Shown here one piece after another: positions 28,764-38,123 of a stretch of DNA of 64,000 nucleotides. This stretch comes from Verrucomicrobiales bacterium. GTDB lineage: Bacteria; Verrucomicrobiota; Verrucomicrobiia; Limisphaerales; UBA9464. The notes under the pieces were generated by a model. The model saw only the letters and a list, made by a program, of their open reading frames with translations, searched no databases and was not told the DNA's origin. The DNA is taken from the NCBI GenBank assembly GCA_027490985.1, contig JAIXXC010000332.1, forward strand, positions 1,562-65,561. The letters run 5' to 3'. Every line of letters begins with the position of its first letter. The first letter of the stretch is position 1. A program made the position numbers and the translations under genes.

Positions 28764-28807
28764 CACCAAAAGAACCGGCGCGGCCCCGATCCCAAATCGG
28801 GTCGCGC
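28764..28807 (-). terminator. Possible intrinsic terminator between the FG-GAP gene pair and the PSCyt operon
   Basis: A bulged GC-rich hairpin lies at 28778..28807 (GCGCGgCCCCGAT-cccaa-ATCGGGtCGCGC). On the minus strand it is followed by CGGTTCTTTTGGTGG. The T-tract is weak. Confidence 0.35.
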
Positions 28808-28837
28808 ACTCATGTCGCCGACTCGGGGTCCGTGGAC

Positions 28838-31800
28838 TCACCGTGCCGGCGGGGTGGCTCTGACCTCGAGCTGGCCGGCCGCCACAGGCACGGTGCTCAC
28901 TGCGCCACCGGGCCAGCGGATCTCCACCGATTCCACGTTCCGGCCGCCCGTGCCCAGCACCGGGGTCGGGTCGTCACAGGACCCATCGCCCGATCCGAGG
29001 TGGATCTCCCGGACGGGGCCGTATCCGTCGGCCGATTTCCATCGCACCCGGGCTCCGACGGCCGCCGGGTTGCCACCCGTTCCGCTCAGACGGACCCGCA
29101 ACCCGGGCCGGGCCCCGACATTGTGCCAGAGCGTGGTTTCAGAGCCGTTCTGGCCCACCGCCAAATCCACCCGGCCATCGCCGTCGTAATCACAGACCGC
29201 GGCCCCGCGCCCATCTCCGGGGACGCTCACCCCGGAGTTTTCTTCCGCGACGAATCCGCCCCGGCCATCGCCGCGCAGCCAGAGCCCGCGTCCGGCGTCG
29301 TGCCGCTCGGCGAAGGGATGGGCGGTCGACAGGTTCTGGGAAAGGAACACATCGTCGTGCCCATCCCCGTCGAAATCGGCCAAGCACAAAGACGACACCG
29401 GAGCGCGCTGGGCGGCCGCCGGCAGGGCCTTCACCACGAAGCGATCGCCCCGATTGAGCAGCAGCACCGAATCCATCGTATCCATCGACACCGACCGGGC
29501 CATGGTCAGCGCCTCCCCCAGGAGCATCGGCAGGGTGGCCTTGGAAAACGCCGCCAGCGAATCCACCCGCTCACGGACCGCCGGAAAGAGCGCCGCCCAA
29601 AGGCCCATCTCGCGCTCGGGACGATCGGCGCGCATCGACGGATCGAACCAGCTCTCGGCCAGGTCGAACCCCTGACCGGAGCCGAAGTCGCCATACCACA
29701 GACGTCGCGGAGCCGCCGGCGAAGCGCTCCACCGCGTGTTGCGCCCCCAGTTCCCCAACACCAGATCCAGACGCCCATCCTCATCGAAATCACCCGCCAC
29801 CACGGCATTCCAGAGCCCGGCACCCCGACCGGCGACCCCCTCCAACACCGGATTCCAATCGACCAGGCGCCCGGAGTCGTTCCGGAAGAAGCGGGGCGGA
29901 TCCCATTCCCGCGCGATCACCAGATCGGAATGTCCGTCGCCATCGAGGTCGGTGAAACAGGCCGCCGTCACCAGGCCGAGCCCCTCCCAACGGATCGCCG
30001 GCACGAGGCGACCGCCCTGATTGCGCAGCAGGAGCGAGGGCGTCGACTCGGGGTATCGACCCGCCACCGATCGTCCACCGACGAACACCTCCAGCGATCC
30101 GTCACCGTCGACATCGGCCGCGGCCAACGGCCCCACCGCGAAGGGGGTTCCCACCAGGATCTCCCCGCTGCGCCCCCCGGCCAGATCGTACATCCGCAGG
30201 GCCCCGCCATTGGTCAGTCCATCCTCGTAGTTCGAGATCCCCGCCAACAGAACTCCGTTGATCGGAAGGATCGAGGTCAGATCCCGACTGGTCGTCTTGT
30301 GGAACGGCGCAGTCTCCCGGGCCTCGAATCCGCCCCGGCCGTCCTGGATCCGGACACCGGGTTTGCCACCGCGACCGGCACCGATCACCAGGTCCGGGCG
30401 ACCGTCGCCGTCGAGATCGGTCCAGGTGAGGCTGGGCCCCAATTGCGACAGGCGGTGAGGCATGGCCGGCTGACGCCCAAAATCATCGAACGGCTCGTCC
30501 TCGTGCCGGTGGGCCAACCGCGAAGACTGGTTTTCGAACCAACGCAACGGCCGATCGGGTGCCGCAGGCGCTTCAGCCCCGGGGGATGAGTCCTCCGACA
30601 CCTCGACCGCCGATCCGACGGGCACGTCACGCCACTCGGACACCCGACCCGAAGGCCACCGCACCCGCAATCCCACCGTCGGGCCGCGTCCGGTGGCGAA
30701 ACTGCGCACCGGTTCGTCCCCGCTCAGGTACCGCCCTCCGGCGATGATCTCCTGGGTCTGGTCGGGCAACCCCGGCGCACGGACGGTGACCGCCGCCCCG
30801 ATGCCTCGGGTGTTGGGGGCCCTGCCTCGGAGTCGGATGAGGATCCGCGGGGCGCTCGCGTTGTTCCGGTAGAACGCCGGCGAGTCCATCAGGTCGTTCA
30901 TCACCACGTCCAGATCCCCGTCGCCGTCGAGATCCCCCAGGGCCGCTCCTTGAGAGATGGAATCGGCGGTGAAGCCCCAGGCGCTGGAAACCTCTTCGAA
31001 TGTGGCGTCGCCCCGGTTGCGGAAGGCCACGTTCGGGGTGGCCAACCTCGGAAAGGATCGGACCATCGCGGCGATCTCGGAGGGCAGCTTCAAGGCCCCG
31101 CGGCGCTGGGCCTCGGCGATGCGTCGGGCGCCATCTCCGTCCTGGAAATCACGCCACTGGCCATTGGGCACCAGCAGGTCCTCGAACCCGTCGAGGTCCA
31201 CGTCCAAGATCAAGGGGCCCCAGGACCATTCGCTGGCTTCGACCCCGGCCTGCCAGGCGACATCGGCCCAGGTGCCGTCCCCGCGTTGGAGTTGCAGGAC
31301 ATTGCGCTGCACCTGGGCCCGGTCGGCGATCCGGCCGGGCAGACGCATCACCGGAGCCATCCCGGCCGTCTGGGTGTGGCGCCAGGCCCGATTGCGGCTG
31401 AACATGTCGACGGCGAAGAAGTCGACCGCGCCATTGCGATCGAGGTCGCCGAAATCGACCCCCATCGAGAAGGTGGGGTTGGTCCTCAGGGCCGACACCG
31501 ACAGTTCTCGGAACCGGACGACATGGTCGGGTCCGGTCTCATTGATCCAGATGCGGTCCGGGGTGTGCAGGTCGTTGCAGACATACAGGTCGGGCTTCCC
31601 GTCACCGCTGAAATCATGGAACCGGGCGGCCAGCCCCCAATCGCGGGGAGGAGCCGACAGCGCCTGGCCCGAGGAGTCCACGAAGGCGCCGGCCGTCCAG
31701 GAAACCGGGGTGAAACGACCTCGACCGTCGTTGAGGAAGAGGGTGTCGACCTCCCCCATCTCCACCACTTCGCCGGTGGATCGGATCTCGAAGCGGTTCG

Positions 31801-32545
31801 TCAGGTCCGGCGCCGTGGCCGGCCTTCCATTGACGGCGACCACCACGGTGCCGGTGTCGATCTGTCGGAGTTGGTACCGGGTGTTCGGCTGGTCCAAGAC
31901 GGTCGTCGGCCGGAAGCACGCGACGTACAGGTCCAGATCCCCATCGCCATCCACATCGGCCAAGGCCATCGAGGTCGCACCGGTGCGCGAGCGCAACCCG
32001 GCCGCATCGGTGGCTTCCTGGAAAAGCCCCGCCCCGTCGTTGAGCCAAAGGCGGGTGCCGCCCCCCAACTGGTTGACCAGCAGGTCGGCATCGCCATCGC
32101 CATCCACATCGGCAAAGGCCACACCGGTCGAATCGTTGGATCCCGACAACGGATTGAGCCAACTCACCCCGGGCAAGGCCCGGGCCGTGATGTTGGTGAA
32201 CCGCCAGTCGCCGAGATTGCGGTACAAGGCGTTGGGCGAATCGAGCCCACAGAAAAAGACATCCAACCGCCCGTCTCCATCCACGTCGGCCAACGCCACC
32301 CCCGAACCGGAGACCAGATTGCGATTGGTGACGGCCCGATCCTCGGAGAGCCGGTTGGTGAACTCGACGCCCAGCACGGACGCCGACAACCGGGTCAGTC
32401 CCGGGGCCGACGGAGACACCGGTGACAAGGCTGTCCGACGGAGTCCCGGCTCGGCCGCCCGGATCAGGGTCAGCGAGGCCCACCAAGCCAGCATCACTGG
32501 CAAGACACGTTCAAGACCCGTCGGTCGGATTCGCAAGGCCTTCAT
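28838..32545 (-). CDS. FG-GAP/VCBS repeat + ASPIC/UnbV protein (CRTAC1-like), internally duplicated
   Basis: Start set at MKALRIRPTGLERVLPVMLAWWASLTLIRAAEPG (ATG 32545, ATGA overlap with the upstream paralog stop). FG-GAP loops are repeated: DVDGDGRLDVFF, DVDGDGDADLLV, DVDGDGDLDLYV. There are two ASPIC/UnbV-like boxes, GIGAAVTVRAPGLPDQTQEIIAGGRYLSGDE and the C-terminal AVGARVRWKSADGYGPVREIHLGSGDGSCDD. Confidence 0.85.
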   Translation of the reverse strand: MKALRIRPTGLERVLPVMLAWWASLTLIRAAEPGLRRTALSPVSPSAPGLTRLSASVLGVEFTNRLSEDRAVTNRNLVSGSGVALADVDGDGRLDVFFCGLDSPNALYRNLGDWRFTNITARALPGVSWLNPLSGSNDSTGVAFADVDGDGDADLLVNQLGGGTRLWLNDGAGLFQEATDAAGLRSRTGATSMALADVDGDGDLDLYVACFRPTTVLDQPNTRYQLRQIDTGTVVVAVNGRPATAPDLTNRFEIRSTGEVVEMGEVDTLFLNDGRGRFTPVSWTAGAFVDSSGQALSAPPRDWGLAARFHDFSGDGKPDLYVCNDLHTPDRIWINETGPDHVVRFRELSVSALRTNPTFSMGVDFGDLDRNGAVDFFAVDMFSRNRAWRHTQTAGMAPVMRLPGRIADRAQVQRNVLQLQRGDGTWADVAWQAGVEASEWSWGPLILDVDLDGFEDLLVPNGQWRDFQDGDGARRIAEAQRRGALKLPSEIAAMVRSFPRLATPNVAFRNRGDATFEEVSSAWGFTADSISQGAALGDLDGDGDLDVVMNDLMDSPAFYRNNASAPRILIRLRGRAPNTRGIGAAVTVRAPGLPDQTQEIIAGGRYLSGDEPVRSFATGRGPTVGLRVRWPSGRVSEWRDVPVGSAVEVSEDSSPGAEAPAAPDRPLRWFENQSSRLAHRHEDEPFDDFGRQPAMPHRLSQLGPSLTWTDLDGDGRPDLVIGAGRGGKPGVRIQDGRGGFEARETAPFHKTTSRDLTSILPINGVLLAGISNYEDGLTNGGALRMYDLAGGRSGEILVGTPFAVGPLAAADVDGDGSLEVFVGGRSVAGRYPESTPSLLLRNQGGRLVPAIRWEGLGLVTAACFTDLDGDGHSDLVIAREWDPPRFFRNDSGRLVDWNPVLEGVAGRGAGLWNAVVAGDFDEDGRLDLVLGNWGRNTRWSASPAAPRRLWYGDFGSGQGFDLAESWFDPSMRADRPEREMGLWAALFPAVRERVDSLAAFSKATLPMLLGEALTMARSVSMDTMDSVLLLNRGDRFVVKALPAAAQRAPVSSLCLADFDGDGHDDVFLSQNLSTAHPFAERHDAGRGLWLRGDGRGGFVAEENSGVSVPGDGRGAAVCDYDGDGRVDLAVGQNGSETTLWHNVGARPGLRVRLSGTGGNPAAVGARVRWKSADGYGPVREIHLGSGDGSCDDPTPVLGTGGRNVESVEIRWPGGAVSTVPVAAGQLEVRATPPAR

Positions 32546-35500
32546 GGGGTCAGGGTGATCTCGGCCGTCCCTGCGGCCACCGGCACCCGACGGACACCTC
32601 CGCCGGGCCAGCGGACCTCGACCTCTCCGGCGACGCGATCCGATGCGAGCACCGTCACCGGGCTGTCCACGCTGCAATAGCCGCCTCCCATGCGGACTTC
32701 GCGCCGCGGTCCGGCCTTGCCGGCCGCCCACCAACGGAGCGAGGCCCCGATCCCGGTCGGATTCCCTGGGGGGCCCTTGAGCCGGACGCGCAAGCCCGGA
32801 CGCGCGGCCCGATTGCGGAACACCAGGGTGGGCCCGCTGTTCTGACCCAGCGCCAGATCCACCCGCCCATCGGCATCCAGGTCGGCCACGGCCACCCCCC
32901 GTTGCTCGCCCCAGGCCACGATGCCCGAACGTTCGTCCGCCTCAAACCCGCCCTGCCCGAGCCCCTTCAGGAGCAAGCCTCGACCGGCGTCATACCGGGC
33001 CTCGTCGGCTTGGATGCCGAAGTGATTCTGCGAGAGGAACACATCCTCGGTGCCATTGCCGTCCAGATCGGCGACAGCCACACCATACGCGGGGGCCGCC
33101 TGCGCCCGGGGCGGCAGCGGACGCCATTCCAGATGATCCCCGCGGTTGAGGAACACGCCCGAATCGAGGTTCAGCGCCGACACGCCGGGCAGGGTCTTCC
33201 AGAGGCTTCCGAACAGGTCGTCCATCGCGGCCCCACCGAACGACTCGGCATCGGGGAAGCGACGCGCCGCATCCGGAATCAATCCGGCCAAGGCGGGGCG
33301 TTTGCGGACCGGCCAATCCCGACCGTCCGATCCGACATAGCTTTCGAGCACATCCCAGATTCCGTCGCTCTGGAGATCTCCGTAGCGGATCCGCAGGGGC
33401 CGATGACGGGCATCGGCACCGAGGAAGTGATTCCGCCCCCAGTTTCCGGCCACGAGATCCATGCGCCCATCGCCATCGAAGTCTCCGGCGTTGACCCCCA
33501 GCCAAAGCCCCGTCCACTGGGAGAGGCGATCCACCCCGACCGGCAACCCCGCTCCCCGAAGCGGAGGATCCCAGGCTTCCAGCGAGCCTGCCCGATTGCG
33601 GAACAACCGGAGCGGCCCCCAGGCGGTGCCGACCGCCAGATCCGGATGCCCGTCGTCATCCAGATCGGTGAAGACCGCGCCCTGGGCCAGCCCCAATCGC
33701 TCGAAGGAATCACGGACCACCAGGCGCCCGCCACGGTTGCGGACCAACCAGGACGTCGCCGGCTCGGGATACCGTCCCGGCACTTCGCGGACACCGACGA
33801 AGATCTCCAATTCGCCGTCGCCATCGACATCGGCCGAAGCCATGGAACCCACCGGACAAGCGCGGCCCGTGAGGACCTCTCCGCTGGCCCCGGACGCCGG
33901 ATCCACGATCCGGATCGCTCCCCCGTTGGTGAGTCCGTCTTCCAGATTGCTGATGCCGGCCAGGATCACCCCCCGCTGCACGAGGACCGTGGTCAGATCC
34001 CGGGAAGCCGGCTTGAGGAGCGCCGTGTTGATGACGGCGGAGAACCCGCCCCGGGCGTCGTTGGTGAAGACTCCGAGGGTACCCCCCTGCCCGGCTGAAA
34101 TGAGGAGGTCATCCCAGCCATCGCCGTTGAGGTCGGCCCAGGCGATCCCCGGTCCGGCCTGGCTCAGATCGAACGGCTTGGTCGGTTGGCGGGCGAATTC
34201 ATCGAAGGGGGTGTCGCTGTGGGTGTGCGTCCAGCTTCCGGTCACCGGCTCGAACCACGGGGGCGGGTTCGGGGTCGCCATGGCGGGCATCGTCTCGGCC
34301 TCCCGGATCTCCACCGTGCCCGGCACCACCCCGGCGCGCCGCGTCACCCTCCCGTTGCGCCAGGTGACCTCGACGTCGGCGGTGCTCGCGGTTCCCAAGG
34401 CGAAGGTGCGCACCGCGTCATCCCCGGACAAGTAGCGTCCTCCGGCGATCATCTCCTGGGACTGGACCGGAAGCCCCTGGGCCGTGACCCGGATCTTGGC
34501 TCCGATGCCCCGCGAATTGCCCCCGGCCCCGCGGAGTCGTACGGCCAGACGGGGCGCGGTGGCCTTGTTGCGGTAGAGCTTGGCCGGTCCATTCAGCGTG
34601 TTGAGCACCAGATCGAGGTCGCCATCGCCGTCGAGGTCGGCCGAAGCCATGCCCTGCTCGACTCCCGGGGCATCGAATCCCCAGGCCTGGGTGACATCCT
34701 CGAAGGTGAGGTCTCCCCGATTGCGGAAGGCCGCGTTGGGGGTGTCGAGCCGCGCGAACAGACGCCTCATCTCCAGCAGTTCACGCGAGCCAGGGCGTCG
34801 CCCCGCCCGTTGGGCCTCGGCCCGGGCGGCGACATCCACATCGAGCATGTCCATCTCGTGACCATTGGAGACCAGCAGGTCTTCGTAACCGTCCAGATCG
34901 ACATCCATGAACACCGGGGTCCAGGACCACTCGCTGGCGCTGAGCCCGGCCAATCGGCCGATCTCGGCGAAGGTGCCGTCGCCCCGTCCCAGAAAGAGGG
35001 TGTTGTGGGAGAACTGGGGGCGATCGTCCCAGACCCCCGGTTGGTAATACCCCGGTGGCACCCCATCCATCTGGAGGCTCCGACGGCGATGCTCCCGACT
35101 GAGCATGTCCAGCACCAGGAAGTCGTCCACACCGTCCCGATCGATATCGGCCGCATCGACGCCCATGGAGAAGGCGCTGGTATGACGCAGCGCCAGCGCA
35201 GGCGCCGCGCTGAAGCGAACCGGCCCACCCGGGGAAGTCTCGTTGATCCAGAAGCGGTCTTCCGACTGGAAATCATTGCAGACGTAGAGGTCCGGCCGGC
35301 CATCGCCAGTCAGGTCCCGGAACAACACGCTCAGTCCCCAATCCTGGGGCGCCGAATCGAGCGGGCGACCCGCGGAGGTCGTGAAGGCTCCCCCGGTCCA
35401 CGAAACCTCGGTAAAACCGCCACGGCCATCGTTGAGATACAGCGCATCGACCTCTCCATTCTCGCGGGGACCGGCCGGGGTCATCGTGAACCGCCCGACC

Positions 35501-36183
35501 AGATCGGCCTCGTCGGTGGAACGTCCGTTGTAGGCCACGATCCGCTGCCGCCCGTTCTCCTCCCGGATGGAATACTTGGCTCCCGGATCATCCCGGACTG
35601 TCACCGTCCGGTAATTGGCCACATACAAATCCAAGTCACCATCCCCATCGGCGTCGGCCAGTGAGAGACTCGATCCGGCCCGTTTGACATTGAGGACGGC
35701 CCCCGGTGTGAAACGCCCTTTCCCGTCGTTGTGATAACTCCGTGTGCCCTGTCCCAGGGTGTTGAACACCAGATCCAGATCCCCATCCCCGTCGAGGTCC
35801 GCCAAAACCACACCGGTGACCTCGAACGACGACAATCCGCCCGCTCCGAAAGCCGTTTGGGTGACCGGCTCAAACCGGAGTTGGCCGAGATTGCGGAACA
35901 ACACGCTGCCCCCCGAATAAGCAGCCAGGAAGAGATCGGGACGCCCGTCGCCATCCACATCGCCCAGGGCGACACCGGAGCCATTGAGTGGAATTTGATT
36001 CGTCAGGTAACGCGAAGACGGCACCGCATTGGTGAACGCCAACCCGGTGAGGGCGGGCCCCAGCAATTCGAATCCCGGCGCAGACTCTCCCAAGACTCGT
36101 CCTTGGGCCAGCAGCCCGCTCAAGAGCAGCAGGATCCAATGGCGGCACCGGAGGGACACGCGCCGATGTTGGTGGGTTCCCAT
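32542..36183 (-). CDS. FG-GAP/VCBS repeat + ASPIC/UnbV protein (CRTAC1-like), paralog of the downstream gene
   Basis: Start set at MGTHQHRRVSLRCRHWILLLLSGLLAQG. The architecture matches 28838..32545: DVDGDGRPDLFL, DLDGDGDLDLVF, DADGDGDLDLYV, a mid-protein GIGAKIRVTAQGLPVQSQEMIAGGRYLSGDD and a C-terminal GIGASLRWWAAGKAGPRREVRMGGGYCSVDS. Confidence 0.85.
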   Translation of the reverse strand: MGTHQHRRVSLRCRHWILLLLSGLLAQGRVLGESAPGFELLGPALTGLAFTNAVPSSRYLTNQIPLNGSGVALGDVDGDGRPDLFLAAYSGGSVLFRNLGQLRFEPVTQTAFGAGGLSSFEVTGVVLADLDGDGDLDLVFNTLGQGTRSYHNDGKGRFTPGAVLNVKRAGSSLSLADADGDGDLDLYVANYRTVTVRDDPGAKYSIREENGRQRIVAYNGRSTDEADLVGRFTMTPAGPRENGEVDALYLNDGRGGFTEVSWTGGAFTTSAGRPLDSAPQDWGLSVLFRDLTGDGRPDLYVCNDFQSEDRFWINETSPGGPVRFSAAPALALRHTSAFSMGVDAADIDRDGVDDFLVLDMLSREHRRRSLQMDGVPPGYYQPGVWDDRPQFSHNTLFLGRGDGTFAEIGRLAGLSASEWSWTPVFMDVDLDGYEDLLVSNGHEMDMLDVDVAARAEAQRAGRRPGSRELLEMRRLFARLDTPNAAFRNRGDLTFEDVTQAWGFDAPGVEQGMASADLDGDGDLDLVLNTLNGPAKLYRNKATAPRLAVRLRGAGGNSRGIGAKIRVTAQGLPVQSQEMIAGGRYLSGDDAVRTFALGTASTADVEVTWRNGRVTRRAGVVPGTVEIREAETMPAMATPNPPPWFEPVTGSWTHTHSDTPFDEFARQPTKPFDLSQAGPGIAWADLNGDGWDDLLISAGQGGTLGVFTNDARGGFSAVINTALLKPASRDLTTVLVQRGVILAGISNLEDGLTNGGAIRIVDPASGASGEVLTGRACPVGSMASADVDGDGELEIFVGVREVPGRYPEPATSWLVRNRGGRLVVRDSFERLGLAQGAVFTDLDDDGHPDLAVGTAWGPLRLFRNRAGSLEAWDPPLRGAGLPVGVDRLSQWTGLWLGVNAGDFDGDGRMDLVAGNWGRNHFLGADARHRPLRIRYGDLQSDGIWDVLESYVGSDGRDWPVRKRPALAGLIPDAARRFPDAESFGGAAMDDLFGSLWKTLPGVSALNLDSGVFLNRGDHLEWRPLPPRAQAAPAYGVAVADLDGNGTEDVFLSQNHFGIQADEARYDAGRGLLLKGLGQGGFEADERSGIVAWGEQRGVAVADLDADGRVDLALGQNSGPTLVFRNRAARPGLRVRLKGPPGNPTGIGASLRWWAAGKAGPRREVRMGGGYCSVDSPVTVLASDRVAGEVEVRWPGGGVRRVPVAAGTAEITLTP

Positions 36184-36321
36184 CGGGGATTCCAGCCAAG
36201 AAGTCCGTTGCCTGGGCCGCAGGAAAAGCTCCCGCAACGCGCTGGGCTCTAAAAGCCGAGGACCGGCCCGAGGCTCAGCCCCCCGGGGCCGGAGCCTGGG
36301 GGGCGGCGACTGAAACCCACC

Positions 36322-37722
36322 TCAGCGTGTGAGCTGCTTCTCGAGGTAGCCCACGTCCTGGCGGACCTTGGCCTCGACTTCCATCCGGTCTCGCACCTGA
36401 CGGCAGGCATGCAAGACGGTGCCGTGATCGCGGCCACCGAACGATTCACCGATCGCGCTGAGCGAATGCTCGGTCAATTGGCGGGTCAGATACATGGCGA
36501 TCTGTCGCGGAAAGGCGATGTTCTCGGGCCGCCGCTTGCTGGTCATGTCGGCCAATCGGATGTCGAAGTAATCGGCCACCCGCTTCTGGATCTCACTGAC
36601 CGAGATGGCCACCTTGCCCTCTTCCTGCAGGATCTCGCGCAGCAGGGTCTCGACCGTTTCGAGATCCAGAGCCTTGCCGGAAAGCTGGGCGTAGGCGGCC
36701 ACGCGAACCAGAGCCCCCTCCAGACGACGGATGTTGGTCCGGATCCGGTTCGCCAGGAAGGTGATGACCTGATCGGGCAGAGTCACGCTGAGGGCGGCCG
36801 CCTTCTTGTTGAGGATGGCCAGACGGGTCTCCACATCGGGAGCCTTCAGGTCGGCCGTCATGCCCCATTCGAAGCGGGAAATGAGCCGTTGCTCCAACCC
36901 CTGGATCTCGTTGGCCGGCCGATCACAGGTCAGCACGATCTGTTTGTGGGCGTCGTGCAAGGCGTTGAAGGTGTGGAAAAACTCCTCCTGGATCCGCTCC
37001 TTGCCCTGAAGGAACTGGATGTCATCGATGAGCAGCACGTCCAGTTCGCGGTGCTTCTTGCGGAACTTGGGCAATTGGCTGTTCTGGAGCGCCTCGATGA
37101 ACTCGTTGGTGAACCGTTCGCAGGAAAGGTACCCGATCCGGGCATTCTTCTTGTTGGCCAGCACGTGATGACCGATCGCCTGAAGCAAATGGGTCTTGCC
37201 CAGACCCACACCGCCGAAGAGGAACAGCGGGTTGTAGGTGTGCCCCGGCTTCTGGGCCACTCCCATGCAGGCCGCATGGGCATGGTGGTTGTTGGAGCCC
37301 ACCACGAACGTCTCGAAGGTGTTGTTCGGGTTGAACAACGGCTCCGACTTGCGGGGAAGCTCTCTGACCGCCGGTTCGGCCGCCCGCACCTCGGGCTGAA
37401 CCACCCGCTCCGGTGCGGGTTCGGCGGTCACCGAGCGTTCAGGGGCCGATTCGGAGGCCGGGACCGCATCGGCCGAACGGATGGCAAAAGTGATCTGGAT
37501 CGGCCGGATGGCCGCGCGACTCACCACCGAGCGGAGGACATCCAGATAGTTGTCCTTCAACCAGAACTCGCAGAACTCGTCAGCGACCTCGAGGGTCAGA
37601 GTGTCTCCATCCAGACAGCGGGCGGTCACCGGGGCGAACCACAGATTGTACAACTCCGTCTTGAGCATTCCACGGAGGTTCTGCTGGGCGGCCAGCCACA
37701 GTGCTTGGGGTTGATCGGACAT
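36322..37722 (-). CDS. dnaA: Chromosomal replication initiator protein DnaA
   Basis: 466 aa. Contains LWFAPV, the Walker A GGVGLGKTHLLQAIG, LLIDDIQFLQGKERIQEEFFHTFNAL, and the C-terminal DNA-binding IAFPRQIAMYLTRQLT..SLSAIGESFGGRDHGTVLHA. Confidence 0.97.
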   Translation of the reverse strand: MSDQPQALWLAAQQNLRGMLKTELYNLWFAPVTARCLDGDTLTLEVADEFCEFWLKDNYLDVLRSVVSRAAIRPIQITFAIRSADAVPASESAPERSVTAEPAPERVVQPEVRAAEPAVRELPRKSEPLFNPNNTFETFVVGSNNHHAHAACMGVAQKPGHTYNPLFLFGGVGLGKTHLLQAIGHHVLANKKNARIGYLSCERFTNEFIEALQNSQLPKFRKKHRELDVLLIDDIQFLQGKERIQEEFFHTFNALHDAHKQIVLTCDRPANEIQGLEQRLISRFEWGMTADLKAPDVETRLAILNKKAAALSVTLPDQVITFLANRIRTNIRRLEGALVRVAAYAQLSGKALDLETVETLLREILQEEGKVAISVSEIQKRVADYFDIRLADMTSKRRPENIAFPRQIAMYLTRQLTEHSLSAIGESFGGRDHGTVLHACRQVRDRMEVEAKVRQDVGYLEKQLTR

Positions 37723-38076
37723 GTTAAATATCAGAAGGGGCCTGAATCGGGCGGTTTCGGGATTTATTCACTATCGCCCATCACAGAACAAACGGGCCGA
37801 CCTGATTCTGTGACAGTCTGGTGACCTCAGATGAAGGACCCTGGGGGAGACAACAGGCACCGGAACCCGCGCAAACAGCCTGGAATGCATGAAAACAAAG
37901 GGATTTCAACGCATTCTGAGGCATCGGGTTGAGCATATTGTGGAGCGGTTTCTTCTCGTGTCCACCGTGATTCATTCCACGGCGGGCGAGGCTTCTATGG
38001 CAAACTTCCGAGTACCGCGAGAACAAGTTTTCGGGCGTTGTTCCCAAGTTGTTCACAACCCCAAAAACGGCCCTAA

Positions 38077-38109
38077 ATCCGGCGGATTTGACAAGCAAAA
38101 CCGCCGGAT
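38077..38109 (-). terminator. Hairpin immediately downstream of the H1-like gene
   Basis: On the minus strand the sequence reads ATCCGGCGG-ttttgcttgtcaaat-CCGCCGGAT, a perfect 9-bp stem, then TT. It lies 15 nt after the TAA at 38124. The loop is large and the T-tract is short. Confidence 0.4.
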
Positions 38110-38123
38110 CGGGCGACCGAAGA

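Noticed and set aside
28715-35664. Series of 490-620-aa plus-strand ORFs (28715..30589, 30950..32425, 30957..32558, 32422..34098, 34186..35664).
   Set aside because: All are antisense to the two FG-GAP/ASPIC genes, whose own frames show repeated DxDGDG loops and ASPIC boxes. They are shadows.
36409-37824. 471-aa plus-strand ORF opposite dnaA.
   Set aside because: dnaA is unambiguous, and the antisense ORF has a shadow composition.
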